A DNA stretch of 64,000 nucleotides from Macrostomum lignano. Its lineage: Eukaryota. The notes beneath the pieces are model-generated. The model had not been told where the DNA came from, made no database searches, and saw only the letters and a list, made by a program, of their open reading frames with translations. Position numbers and translations under genes: made by a program. Every line of letters starts with the position of its first letter. Within the stretch, counting starts at the first letter, position 1. The stretch lies in the NCBI GenBank assembly GCA_002269645.1, contig NIVC01003585.1, forward strand, positions 1-64,000, given 5' to 3'. Of the stretch, positions 1-35,180 are shown one piece after another.

Positions 1-145
1 GGTTGGATAGATAATGAACATCAGAAAACAGTCACCGTGAGTCACGTGATGAAATTTGTACATCGGGTAAATGTACATTGGGGAGCCACTGTGGTATAGT
101 GGCCAAAACCACAGACTAGACCAACTAGAATCTACTAGATCAACC

Positions 146-606
146 CAAAGACTACTCAAGTAGAAGGACGGGAAACTACGTTTCTTGGAAAATTTTAGAG
201 GCCGATTTACCGAAAAAACATTGCGCGGAGATAAGAGTTTTTTGTTTTTTTTCAGCACAAAACTTTTATTGCTTTTGATAGTAAGGCAGACCCAATGTTC
301 ATCTTTTGATATGTTCTGCCTTTCTTATAGCTCTACTGATATTCATAAAGCCGCTCGTTTAGAAAACTAGGCTTTTTAATACTACGTTAATTTTATATCA
401 TACGCACATGTCCCATGCCTGAAAATCATATAAAAAGGCACAACTCGACTTTATTGGTTAAGGAATCTATTTTATCATTCCATTACACATTTGCTTCACA
501 GTCATTAAGCTAGAAAACTCCGTAACGCATTTTTCGGTAAAACCTGCCTCACAAAATTTCAAATAAACGTACGTAGTTTCCTGTCCTTCTACTTGAGTAG
601 TCCTTG
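146..606. mobile_element. Non-autonomous DNA transposon (MITE family A), hAT-type
   Basis: About 36-bp terminal inverted repeats (caaagactactcaagtagaaggacgggaaactacgt at 146; inverse ending ...cttctacttgagtagtccttg at 606). Exact 8-bp direct repeat gatcaacc at 138-145 and 607-614. An 8-bp TSD is typical of hAT elements. A second copy lies at 16122-16366. Confidence 0.8.
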
Positions 607-2038
607 GATCAACCAGTCTGCAAATTTGCTTGTAAGCTACTTTCAGTTTAGCAGAAAGTAAAACAGAAGTTTTTTAGTTTTTAGGACAACGCTCATTTAC
701 TGGCTCTAAACCCCCCACTCCGCACATAAACCCTGTATCTTTCCACAGAAAACCTCCCTATACCTCCGCCCCGCCGCCCAATTATGATTGCCTTTCTTAG
801 TGTTCCGTCCGAAGCTGCCATGTACATTTCAGCGGCGTCGGCTAAAAGTACATTATGGCTGAACCAACCAGCAAGTTATTTACGTCTGCAAGCTTCCTTA
901 TTTGCATAAAGAATATGCATTCTTCTTTGCTACTGAACTGAAAGTAGAGAACTGTTTTTGCATATATAATAGTTTTTGAGTGGCCTATCAACGAGCGTAG
1001 TTATTCTAATATTTGTTGTCAAAACTGCTATTGCCATGCGTTATTATATACAATGGCCGGATAATTTCGAACATTATTCAACTCAGTTACATACTAAACA
1101 ATCTGCCACTGCCGCGTCAAAAAAAACTTTAAATTGTTAAAGTTGTCAAACATTACATCAGACAGATGACTTTACAGTTTAGCTTATACTGAAGCCCGAA
1201 CTGTTTCAAGCACTTACGCTGGCCAACAAGGGACAATAAATTTCCTGAAGATTAATAATTCTTGGTTTAAATTTGTGGGAAATTCATAATGCACCCCTAA
1301 GCGTACTTACCGCACTGCGATAGCAAGATTTTATAAATATATAAGAAACAATTTCAAGCAACACGAAAAACCACCGATAGACCGGCCGGAAATGGCGGCA
1401 AAGAATTACGAGCTAAATACAGGGACACGGACAAAAATCAGACAGAAAGCAGCATTGACCATCCGAGTACAACCAGCACCTCAGATTCCCAAATTATTGG
1501 TTTTTGGTGTTGCACTTTTAACTGTCTGGTAGACTATTATAGGTCAGGTGAGCACCCCAAGATACGCAGTACACAGAAAATTGCCGTACTATAACAAGAC
1601 AAGCAATTTTATTTCAAATAGACATAGATTTATGCTACTAAGCACAGTCATATTTAGTATAATTCCTGAACTATCGAATGCTAAGATTTTGTATCATTCC
1701 GTAAGTAATTACCCTACCTCAAATTCATTAATAAAATTAGAAAGCCAACTTGCCATCTTGTCTGTATCCTAATCAGCCTCCGTTTTTTCTTGATCCCAAC
1801 AATAAATAAGGCACAGACGCTGCTTTAAGTAAAAAAAAAAAAAAAAAATTCTTTAAGCGCCGGAAAATGCGAAGACAAAATAGAAAAATAAATGTATGAA
1901 AGATAACTTTCGGAAAAGACAGACAAGAATAAAAAATGAAGAAAATATTTTGCAAGAGAGCAGTGGAAATCGAGAAGATACAAGCTTTAACAAATGGTGC
2001 ACCTGGCCGCCTAATGCATAGAAACAGATTTTTCTTAC

Positions 2039-2047
2039 CTGACGGCA
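2039..2047 (-). CDS. PPP3CA: Candidate 9-nt microexon of calcineurin A (TGCCGTCAG)
   Basis: Minus strand reads aaattctctctatttcag|TGCCGTCAG|gtaagaaa: pyrimidine tract plus CAG, then a consensus GTAAG donor. It is frame-preserving and fits the phase-1 end of the upstream exon at 4090. Confidence 0.4.
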
Positions 2048-2629
2048 CTGAAATAGAGAGAATTTTGTGTACCTGCTTAGCTGCTTAATACTAGCAAAAT
2101 AACATGTTTAAAACATAATAAAACATTGCGTGACAAGTGAGACACAATCAAGTGACTTTAGAGTACGCAACAGACAACTTAGGTAACACCCGAGTCGCAC
2201 TGTCTGAACTGTGACAACTTTGAGCAGCGCAACACAGCTGCACTGCGTTGAATTCATAAATCGGAGCTTTTTTGACCTCTCAAGCTAAAAATCATGAAGC
2301 AATTTAGCCTCACCTCTTTTTGGCTTCGTAATTGAGCCATTCTCAATTATTTCTGGCAAATTTTGAGCAGAGCAGAAAAGATTACATAATCGTTCTTAGA
2401 TTTATTTTCTGATGAATGGAATTAAGTGTTTGAAATTATAATTAACTGGTAGCGTTGGTCAAGGTCTAAAGGCGGGTTCACGTTATCGCTAGTAGCTTTT
2501 CTGGTCAACTAATTTACTCAAATCAGTGTAATATTGGTTCAGATTCATTTAAGAATTCACGAAAAATGTTTGACCCACCGAGCGACTGGTGGTAATATGA
2601 ACCGGTTTTTATTTACTAAACAGAAGGAC

Positions 2630-3005
2630 TAATAGCTCAATGTTCGGAGTTGCCCGGAGGGGGCAGATTGGCTAGTCCAGTATACTAAACTGGAGCAATG
2701 ACAGCCCAATGTTCGGAATTCCCCAGAGGGGGGCAGATTGGCTGGTCCAATATACTAAACTGAAACAATGGTAGCTCAATTTTCGGAATTCCCCAGAGGG
2801 GGGCAGATTGGCTAGTTCAATACACTAAACTGGAGCAATGGTAGCTCAATGTTCGGAATTCCCCAGAGGGGGGGGGCAGATTGGCTGGTCCAATATACTA
2901 AACTGGAGCAATGGTATCTCAATTTTGGAGTTCCCCAGAGGGGCCAGATTGGCTAGTTCAATATACTTAACTGGAGCAATGACAGCTCAATGTTCGGAGT
3001 TTCCC
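2630..3005. repeat. About 70-bp minisatellite, about 5 copies
   Basis: Unit caatgttcggaattccccagaggggggcagattggctggtccaatatactaaactggagcaatggtagct recurs at about 2638, 2707, 2777, 2847, 2920 and 2988. Confidence 0.9.
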
Positions 3006-4089
3006 TAAGGGGAGTTTCCCTTACATGGTGCAATTTCAATACTTCAATATGGTCCAATGGTCCTGTTAAGAGCTTCCCGGAACTTTAAAGATTTCTAGTC
3101 TAAAGTACCAAACTGATAATACAGTGAGTAACGTCTAGAGTTTGATCAGAAAAAATCTACGAGTACTTCGTCCTGACACTTGATCAATTTGAAAGGTGCC
3201 CAATTTTGTGCAAAAATTGTACCTATATATCCGAGCCCCGAAACTGAACAGCAGCTTCACTTGCGTCAGAAGATTTCCGCATCAAGCAGCATACTAGAAA
3301 TTTTGTGCCTGCGAGAAATTGAATGCTGTACCTATAATTTAGTTTTGAAACAGGCAATATCGTGTGCAGGAATGTCTCTAACAGGATTGCAGTTAAGCTC
3401 GTATGAGCATTAAGGTAAAACAGGGCTAACAAGTAGATTAACGAATTGAAAGGTAAGGTGTTTCTGCCGACTCTCCGTATCCTATATTCTAGTCAGATTC
3501 CATGCAATTAGGATCCCGTTATTATTAGTGGTCATACCAATGGTCAATTGCTTGATACGAGCGTAAATTAAGAATAACAATAACAGTCGCGAACGTGCTA
3601 AGAGATGCAAGCGCATTCGTGCACCTGTGCAAACTCGCATGTAGGGCAATACCAGGTGTTTAAATTTTCGAATGCGCCCCTTTTAAGCAGCTCTCTTGTC
3701 GTAACTTTTAATGCTTACCACGACTGGGCGATTCGTGGCCTGAATAAAGTCGCGGGGATTTGAAATAATCAAACCGATAAAATAAAAGCGCAAAATATGA
3801 CAGACATAAATATCCACAATTCCTGAAGCGACACCGTTTGGGTTGGCGGTGGAGACACGCGGGTAACTGCTGGTACACATAAATAAGACAATAACTGTCA
3901 TAGTCTATGACACTAAAGAAAGCCATTGCAGGTGCATAATCTGAATCAGCATTTTCTGCTTTTTCTGGGTTGTTTATGGACGAAAAACAAAAGCGGGAAG
4001 CGCGGACACAAAGAAACTCAGTCAGCACAAACAAAATGTAACAAAATGTAGCGCTCCGCAGAGCAGAAAGCGCAGGGGCGGCCACTCAC

Positions 4090-25171
<21,082 letters not shown>

Positions 25172-26183
25172 TGTGATTGAGCCTCAAAAATTGAGCAAAT
25201 TTCTTCAGAAAAAAAAGAACTTTGATGCGAACGAAGAAATATTATGTAATACAAGGGTTAAAAATGCGCATTCATCTTTCGTTTACCGACTGAAAAAGAA
25301 ACAGTTTGTATCACAGCACGTTTTTTTCAATACTATTTGATCTCTTGAACTAAAAGATATCAAAGCGTATCGTAAACAAACTAATCAAACAAGTAAAACC
25401 GCTTGCCAACTTCTTAAAAATTCTATTGCTTTGCAAAATTAAATTTCGCTACAGCCATTTATCTTCGTCAAGTTAACGATGGAGTGTTAAAACAAATGTT
25501 TAATTTTATACAAAAATGCTTTTAATACTTTAAAAAACTAAGTGATAAGGCTAAAAAGTAACTTTATACAGCTGCATTAGTAAATAATAGTTTTAGTTAG
25601 AAAATCCGTATTGCTAATTTGCGTGTATTGTAACTAGTGTTGATTTTTTATGCTTCAATGATCGAACTGAGGCCATGACTACTTAAGGAATACTCATTTA
25701 GAACTAATACTTTTCGTTCCTAAGTAGGCACATGATCCGGAAGTTTTTTAAGTGTACGCATCATGCAATTACTTATCATCATTTGATTGATGTATAGGCA
25801 AAACAGTCGAAGTACATGTACTTGCTGGGGTCTGCATGAATCTACAAAGGATTTGAAAGGGTTATTACTAATTCTTCTGATAGTAGCTATTTTGTACATC
25901 AAAATCCGTCTTAAATCATTTTGATTCATTTTTAATCCGGATGATTAAATGAAACGATTTAAAATTAAAGTGTCTTTAGAATTTTAACATTTTAAAATTA
26001 TTTGAGAAGCAAGGAAATTTTCTGCATTAAAAAGTAACCTTTAAGGCAAAATGTTGACAAGACTAACTTTTGTTTGAAAATTAAATAATTTAACATTACA
26101 TCTAGAGCAATCTATGCAGCTATTTACCCTACGAATAGTCACAATTAGTCTTACTCAGTTGCAAAAGATATGTTCATCACAAC

Positions 26184-26540
26184 CAGGGGCGTCGCCATGG
26201 ATTTTATGATGGAGGGACAAAGCCAAGACTTTTACATGTAAATGTACATGACTAAAGTCCTAAATGTACATTATTTTCAGAATCGGTGTTGTCAGCGCTC
26301 ATTTTAGCGCTACAGACACTTATTTTTGACGCCGCAGGCACTCATTTTAGCGCCGCAGGCACGATCATTCTGGCGCTGCAGGCGCTATTTTTTGTCGCCC
26401 TGCAGCAAAATTATTGATTTTCATAACGCGTCACAAGGTGGGGTGGGGCACAAGGAGGGTATGTCCCCCCATATCTTTTACTTTTTACTGGGGGAGGGGG
26501 GACACGCCCCCCTTTGTCCCCCCCGGTGGCGACGCCTCTG
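26184..26540. mobile_element. MITE family B, hAT-type, 357 bp
   Basis: TIRs caggggcgtcgcca and tggcgacgcctctg. Exact 8-bp TSD atcacaac at 26176-26183 and 26541-26548. Confidence 0.85.
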
Positions 26541-27409
26541 ATCACAACGTATTAAAATTTAAATGGTCGACGGCCCAGAATCATTTGATGTCAGAACGTC
26601 AAAATCACCTGTACGCTCGTGCATGCAGTACATAAGGAGAATCTCTGTGCACTACATGTACATGTAATGTGCAAATTAATAAGAATGTACTATTTTAAGT
26701 AGCGATCGAGCTGCATGTAGAACCATAAATTCTTCTTCTTCTTCTTCAAAGAAGCTAATACTATGAGGAGTTTCTGCAGCAGTTGATTGACGCAGAATTG
26801 TACAATTCAAGCATTCCAAATGATTCGGGAACTGACGCAGAAGAGCTGACCATGTACTTGTGGTAAATATTGATGAACTTCTCCAGCCATCATTCTGTGT
26901 TCCGAAACGTTACTTACTGAATCCATTCATTTATTTTGCGTTTCATTCCTTTTGCTGTCGCAATGAAATATACGGAGACAAAAAGTTTTTACCTATTTTA
27001 CCCATATGCTTAAATAAGTCGTCAGCAGATTAACTTTGATTAGAGCCAGTGACGGCGGACGAATGTAGAGCGCTTCAACCCAGGCAGCCTACGCACTCTG
27101 GAAAACTAAGTGCATTCATGCTCCACTGTACAGGTCGCGAGGTGCAGTTCAGCCAAAGAATGAAACGCTTTAAAAAGAGCCAGAAAGAAAAGCTTGCATA
27201 GAGAAGAGTTCTACCCAGTCCATGCGGCTCAATGAACATTTCCCAGCCTCATTCAGGTCAGCTCTGCTCAACTTGCAGTGTACGCTCGCTCAGCCCATTG
27301 TTACTATGACTACTGTCGCTTCAAGCCAAGCTTTTTTAAACGGTACCTCAGCATTCATCTTAGCTGCAATCACTCGTATAGTTTAAAACGAAGAAAACGA
27401 GTTGCAATC

Positions 27410-29073
<1,664 letters not shown>

Positions 29074-29315
29074 AAAGTCCTGACTCAGCCTATACTACTC
29101 ATTATTGCTATTGATCAACAAGTGTCGAACTTATAATAGTACATGAACCAAAACAATTGCGAATTATTTGTTTAAAGTTTTCTATGTTAATTATGCCAGC
29201 TAATCGCAGTAATTTCTCTAATTCTAAAATTTAAGATTTCTCGCCACCTACTATTGCTGTTTATTCATAAAGCAGTCACCGCCATTAGTGAGTTTTTCTT
29301 TGCGTCATTTTTAAA

Positions 29316-30806
29316 TCAATTTCGATAGTAAATACTGAAATTTCTAACAGGGTCGCAGTCGTTTCCTAACTGGTATACGGGCCGTTAATGTATGACAGCT
29401 AGGCTGTCACTGTCTAACAGCAATGCTGTCACTGTCTAACAGCAATGCTGTCACTGTCTAACAGCAATGCTGTCACTGTCTAACAGCAATTCTGACACCG
29501 TCTAACAGCAATGCTGTCACTGTCTAACAGCAATGCTGTCACTGTCTAACAGCAATTCTGACACCGTCTAACAGCTAGGCTGTCGCTGTCTAACAGCAAT
29601 GCTGTCACTGTCTAACAGCAATGCTGTCACTGTCTAACAGCAATGCTGTCCCTGTCTAACAGCAATGCTGTCCCTGTCTAACAGCAATGCTGTCACTGTC
29701 TGACCTGTGTCCCGTAGTATTCCTCATTCTTAGGCTCTTTGTCTGGCAAGTTCAGACTGGGGCTCCTGCAAATTAGGTCATTCTGATCGCGACTGAGCAT
29801 TTGGACATCAAAAGAATTAACTTCGTCTCAAAGAATTTATGCGATGAATCGGAAAACTGGTTTTTTATTACCTAATTAACTAGGACTATTTTGCTTGCTC
29901 AGGTCCAGGTGAAGTACCGATTTTCAACGAGCAATGAGGATTCCATGCTAATTAGTGCGACTGGGGTAAATAAAAAATTAGCCAATTAACTTGTAGCGGA
30001 ATCCGATAAAAGAGGCTGTTTTTGCGATTCCACATCTAATCATTAGCAGAAGATGTACTTTTGGTAAGGGCAGATCAAAAAGGTGGTGAATACACTCGGA
30101 CAGAGTAGCTGACACTTTCGGACAGGGTAGCTGACACCCTCGGACAGGATAGCGGACATTCTCAGACAGAGTAGCTGATATTCTCGGACAGGGTAGCTGA
30201 CACTCTCGGACAGGGTAGCTGACATTCTCGGACAGGGTGGCGGACACTCTCGGACAGGGTAGCTGACATTCTCGGACAGGGTAGCTGACATTCTCCTACA
30301 GGGTGGCGGACACTCTCGGACAGGGTAGCTGACATTCTCGGACAGGGTAGCTGACACCCTCGGACAGGATAGCGGACATTCTCAGACAGAGTAGCTGATA
30401 TTCTCGGACAGGGTAGCTGACACTCTCGGACAGGGTAGCTGATATTCTCGGACAGGGTGGCGGACACTCTCGGACAGGGTAGCTGACATTCTCGGACAGG
30501 GTAGCTGACATTCTCCTACAGGGTGGCGGACACTCTCGGACAGGGTAGCTGACACTCTCGGACAGGGTAGCTGACATTCTCGGACAGGGTAGCTGACATT
30601 CTCGGACAGGGTGGCGGACACTCTCGACCAGAGTAGCGGACATCACAGCTGAAACAACCCCCAAAGTCGCCAGAGTTGAGCTCCTGAGCAACTCACCAGC
30701 CTGCCATGCTGACTTGGCAAGGCAAGTTGAAAATGTTTTCCAAGTCTGGCCTTGGCCCAGTGTTGGCCAAGCTGACCGATGGCCACAGGCCGAATCCATA
30801 TTTGAT
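29316..30806 (-). CDS. Possible 3' part of an unidentified spliced gene
   Basis: Segments 30697-30806, 29705-29765 and 29316-29369 have GT-AG boundaries and join in frame to IKYGFGLWPSVSLANTGPRPDLENIFNLPCQVSMAGWSPSLNLPDKEPKNEEYYGTQLGNDCDPVRNFSIYYRN*. No homology recognised and no start found. Confidence 0.3.
29398..29702. repeat. 22-bp minisatellite ctgtcactgtctaacagcaatg
   Basis: About 14 copies. Confidence 0.95.
30096..30632. repeat. 22-bp minisatellite cggacagggtagctgacattct
   Basis: About 24 copies with a repeated higher-order block of variants. Confidence 0.95.
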
Positions 30807-31276
30807 CTGTCCGTACACAGTTATACGGTTCGTTACTTAGTATAATATTTGACTTTGAATCGGCGCGTCTGACTGCGCAAATATCACTGTGAAAGTTTAT
30901 CCATATCCAATAATTTACCACACCTGTGTGTTTTGCTAGCAACCCAAAGCCCCCTATGCAGTCATTCCTCACATCCGTCAGTGAACCACTCTGACTTTAC
31001 TTTTATTAATTACTCGTATCTTAAATTGACCGCATTTTTTATCTTTAGGCAATTAAATGATTAAATCTGATTAATTTCCTAGTAAAGATCCTAAAAATCT
31101 TGGACGCTTTGCGTCATGGACAACAGAAGCCGACATGCTTGCAGAATGCCGTATTTGACCACTCGGACCATTCACGTGAAAGTACGGCGTTCTGCGCTTC
31201 TTGTGATGCTGGTGCTTGTCTAGAGCTAGGACCAAAAATTTAGCTTTAGGCGATCCAGTTATATTATTCATCCATG

Positions 31277-31830
31277 GCTCAGACCCTACTCAGACAATGC
31301 ACAGACCCTGCCAAGACCCTGCTCGACCCTGCTCAGACTCTGCTCAGACCCTGCTCAGACCCTGCTCAGACCCTGCCAAGACCCTGTTCGACCCTGCTCA
31401 GACCCTGCTCAGACCCTGCTCAGACTCTGCTCAGACCCTGCTCAGACCCTGCTCAGACCCTGCTCAGACCCTGCTCAGACTCTGCTCAGACCCTGCTCAG
31501 ACCCTGCTCAGACCCTGCTCAGACCCTGCTCAGACCCTGCTCAGACCCTGCTCAGACCCTGCTCAGACCCTGCTCAGACCCTGCTCAGACCCTGCTCAGA
31601 CCCTGCTCAGACCCTGCTCAGACCCTGCTCAGACCCTGCTCAGACCCTGCTCAGACCCTGCTCAGACCCTGCTCAGACCCTGCTCAGACCCTGCTCAGAC
31701 CCTGCTCAGACCCTGCTCAGACCCTGCTCAGACCCTGCTCAGACCCTGCTCAGACCCTGCCCAGACTCTGCACAGGGCCCTACCAAGATCCTGTCTTGAC
31801 CCTGCACAGACCCTGCGCAGGACCCTGCTA
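31277..31830. repeat. 11-bp minisatellite cagaccctgct
   Basis: About 50 copies, homogeneous centre and degenerate edges. Confidence 0.96.
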
Positions 31831-33340
31831 AGTCAGAGTTTAGTTTTACTAGATGGTGTTTGTGAGCGTAACAAAAAGGCAGAGAAATAAAAGATATGCT
31901 TGCATAAACAGTAATTTTCTGTGACTGAACGAACGAATCTCCATACGCGCAAAATTTCCAATCCGGATATGGAGATGCCGGGCATTTTTTTATGACGCAG
32001 ATCAGTTTTTTTCACGCTGAGCTTCTCGTCATTACATGAAGCCACCCCGAAGCTTCCCAGTTTGGGATATTTTTGGAAATAAATATTCGCTGTGCTTGAA
32101 TAATATTCGTCAACTGGATGGGTGAAGCTTTTATGCAAATCTTTCTGCACTGCGGCTGTCTGTGGAACAGCAGAAGCAGAAGGACGCTGGCACCCGCAAC
32201 TCGTGCAACTTTTGCTGGAGGCCGTCTGAACTTCAGAATTGCAAAATGAAGCAGCAAAGCACACAGGTTTTAAGCACAGGTATTTGTTCGAAAAAGCTAA
32301 TGAACACCAGCAAGCAGGCAAAGTTAAGGAGAAAGTTCAATTGCTCCTATCTGTTTAGGGTATTTTAGGCGGATTTTTCTCGATCTACTTCGTCTATGGC
32401 AAAACTTCATTCTGAGCAACGCTAAAATCTTTTTTTTGCGAAATCTACTTCTTAACAGTAAGAACTACCAAGAGGGGGGGGGGAAATTCCCCCCCCTGAC
32501 AATTTTTTTCGCTGTGCCGGAACGGAGCAACGCAGGCACACGAAATTCAAGAACACGGGCTAACTTTTTGTTGCGCACCTTCTCAAACAAGAATCAAGTC
32601 GCCAGCCCTCCGGACCGTCGAGATATTCGACGATTCTGCCAGAAGGTCGGATTTTTCCCATAAGTGCTAGTGTATTCAGTACACCCCTGTGCGTCAATTA
32701 GCACTGCGCCTCAGTGCAGCCTTGCCAAGTCTCCAAATTTCATCAGCACGTCGACCACATGTGTCTGCGTCAGCTGTGACTTCGTTGGTCACTAGCCTTC
32801 ACCCAAGTGGAGCTTCTGGACCCTCAACAGCTGTGGCACCAGGTGACTATGGACACCCTGATGCGGATTTCTCTAGTTTCGCCGATCAAGCCTCGACAGT
32901 GGGCAAGAATCAACCGCCAGACATTCTCAGCTAGTCTCTCAAGCATTCCTTTCTCGTCTCTTTCCATAGATTGAACAACTTCATTGCCCATTTTTCTTTC
33001 GCTCCGGTAGTGGCAGGCAAACTTTCGTCGATTCTTTTTTTAGAGCAGCTTCGTCCAGGGACTCAGCAGAAACTCGAATTGTCGACTCAACTCCGAAAGC
33101 AGCAAAAAAAGCGTCAAAAATTGAAGTCTTTTAAGCCTTCCATATTGTATTATTGATTCTAGTTCGAAGAAAAAGCGACTTTTACGTTTTGCCACCACTG
33201 ACTGACTGCTGCTTCGTGACTGTATCTTCGTGAGAAATTTATTTTTTGTCTATGGTCGAAATCAAATGGTCTAAGCCTATATGTCTATCAATCAGATGGG
33301 ATGCCCCCGAAAAATAAGCAATCGAATTTCATATATGATA

Positions 33341-33439
33341 AACGCCGTTTAATTCATCAGAGTCCATGGTTAGAATGTCCTCGGCTGCAATCAATGGTCC
33401 TCGGACATTCTAACCATTGAATGTGAATTAAACGGCGTT
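33341..33439. mobile_element. 99-bp palindromic TA-flanked MITE-like element
   Basis: aacgccgtttaattca...tgaattaaacggcgtt with the inner dyad atggttagaatgtcc/ggacattctaaccat. TA on both sides. Confidence 0.55.
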
Positions 33440-33444
33440 TATTA

Positions 33445-33758
33445 TAGCATTTCCCGGTCAATTTGGTCCTAGAATCACTCAATTTAATCCTGGGGGCACT
33501 AATTTCGCATATTTCCTTCCCTGATTTCCTTCTCCGTCAGCAGTGACAAAGCTGGCGCTTCTTTCCGAGTCACTCATTCTTGCTTATTAACGGCTTTTAA
33601 AATAAATACGCAAAATAAGTGCCCCCAGGATTAAATTGAGTGGAACGAAACAGCATATTTGGCCATAGACATATCTCTAGTGACGGCGGAATGAATTGGA
33701 ATTCTCTATTGCGGATTAAATTGAGTGATTCTAGGACCAAATTGACCGGGAAACGCTA
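33445..33758. mobile_element. 314-bp TA-flanked MITE with about 45-bp TIRs
   Basis: tagcatttcccggtcaatttggtcctagaatcactcaatttaatcc and its inverse ending ...gggaaacgcta (1 mismatch). An extra internal partial TIR copy lies at about 33619-33642. Confidence 0.72.
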
Positions 33759-33799
33759 TAATTACTTAAAACTCTTTTTGTGAATGACGTGTAACCTCA

Positions 33800-34395
<596 letters not shown>

Positions 34396-34979
34396 ACCAT
34401 CAAACGGCAGCAGCATTAGCATATCAATCAGCAGAACTAATCATGGCCAATCGCATTGTGCTTCCTGTGCCCAGCCATCGCATTCGCGAGCGCATGCGAC
34501 AATAGAAATCTTCTCATATACACCATACACAGTCAATGCCCGGCCGTAACAATGGGCCCTGCAGCTTAGATTTGGAGTGCGGTGGGAGGGCGGCCATGCT
34601 GACTCCGACCGCGGCGGGTGACTGACAATGCGACTGACAATGTTGACCCACCCCCTTCCGCTCTGGCAGCTCGCGCCCGCAGTGCTGTGCTGGCGGCCAC
34701 CGCGTGCATGGCCAGCTGACTCATACCGGCCCAGCAATCATAGTGAAATATCAACTGGGGTTGCGGCTTGAATAACCGCTGTGTGCCCGTGCTGCCAACG
34801 GGCCTGCATTCACAGTGTAGGACAGACAGTGGCTACTGTGACATGTAGCCGCCGTAGTGCAAACTCTTTAACTTTAAATTCTTATGCTCGTAGCAACAAA
34901 ACTTGATCTGAGTCTGTAGCAATGCTTTCTGGTGAGTAAATTATCAGGTAAGAATAACAGTGATTTATAGTTACCAGTT

Positions 34980-35180
34980 ATAACAGTGACCTATAGATTT
35001 CAGTCATAACAGTGACCTATAGATGCCAGTCATAACAGTGACCTATAGATGCCAATCATAACAGTGACCTATAGATGCCAATCATAACAAGTGACCTATA
35101 AATGCCAATCATAACAGTGACCTATAGATGCCAGTCATAACAGTGACCTATAGATGCCAATCATAAAAGGAACCCATAGA
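34980..35180. repeat. 26-bp minisatellite cataacagtgacctatagatgccagt
   Basis: About 7 copies. Confidence 0.92.

Noticed and set aside
82-130. tRNA-like A-box fragment (gtggtatagtgg)
   Set aside because: No B box or cloverleaf follows; at best a truncated SINE head.
1300-4085. Hydrophobic minus-strand ORFs at 1773-2048, 3683-3901 and 3708-4085 suggesting a nested membrane-protein gene
   Set aside because: Consistent with T-rich intron sequence; I could not join them into a frame-consistent model.
4022-4089. Intron read-through giving calcineurin an alternative hydrophobic tail (...GEWPPLRFLLCGALHFVTFCLC*), analogous to vertebrate CNAbeta1
   Set aside because: Any intron gives some read-through peptide, and no convincing polyadenylation signal follows. 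It needs 3' end RNA data.
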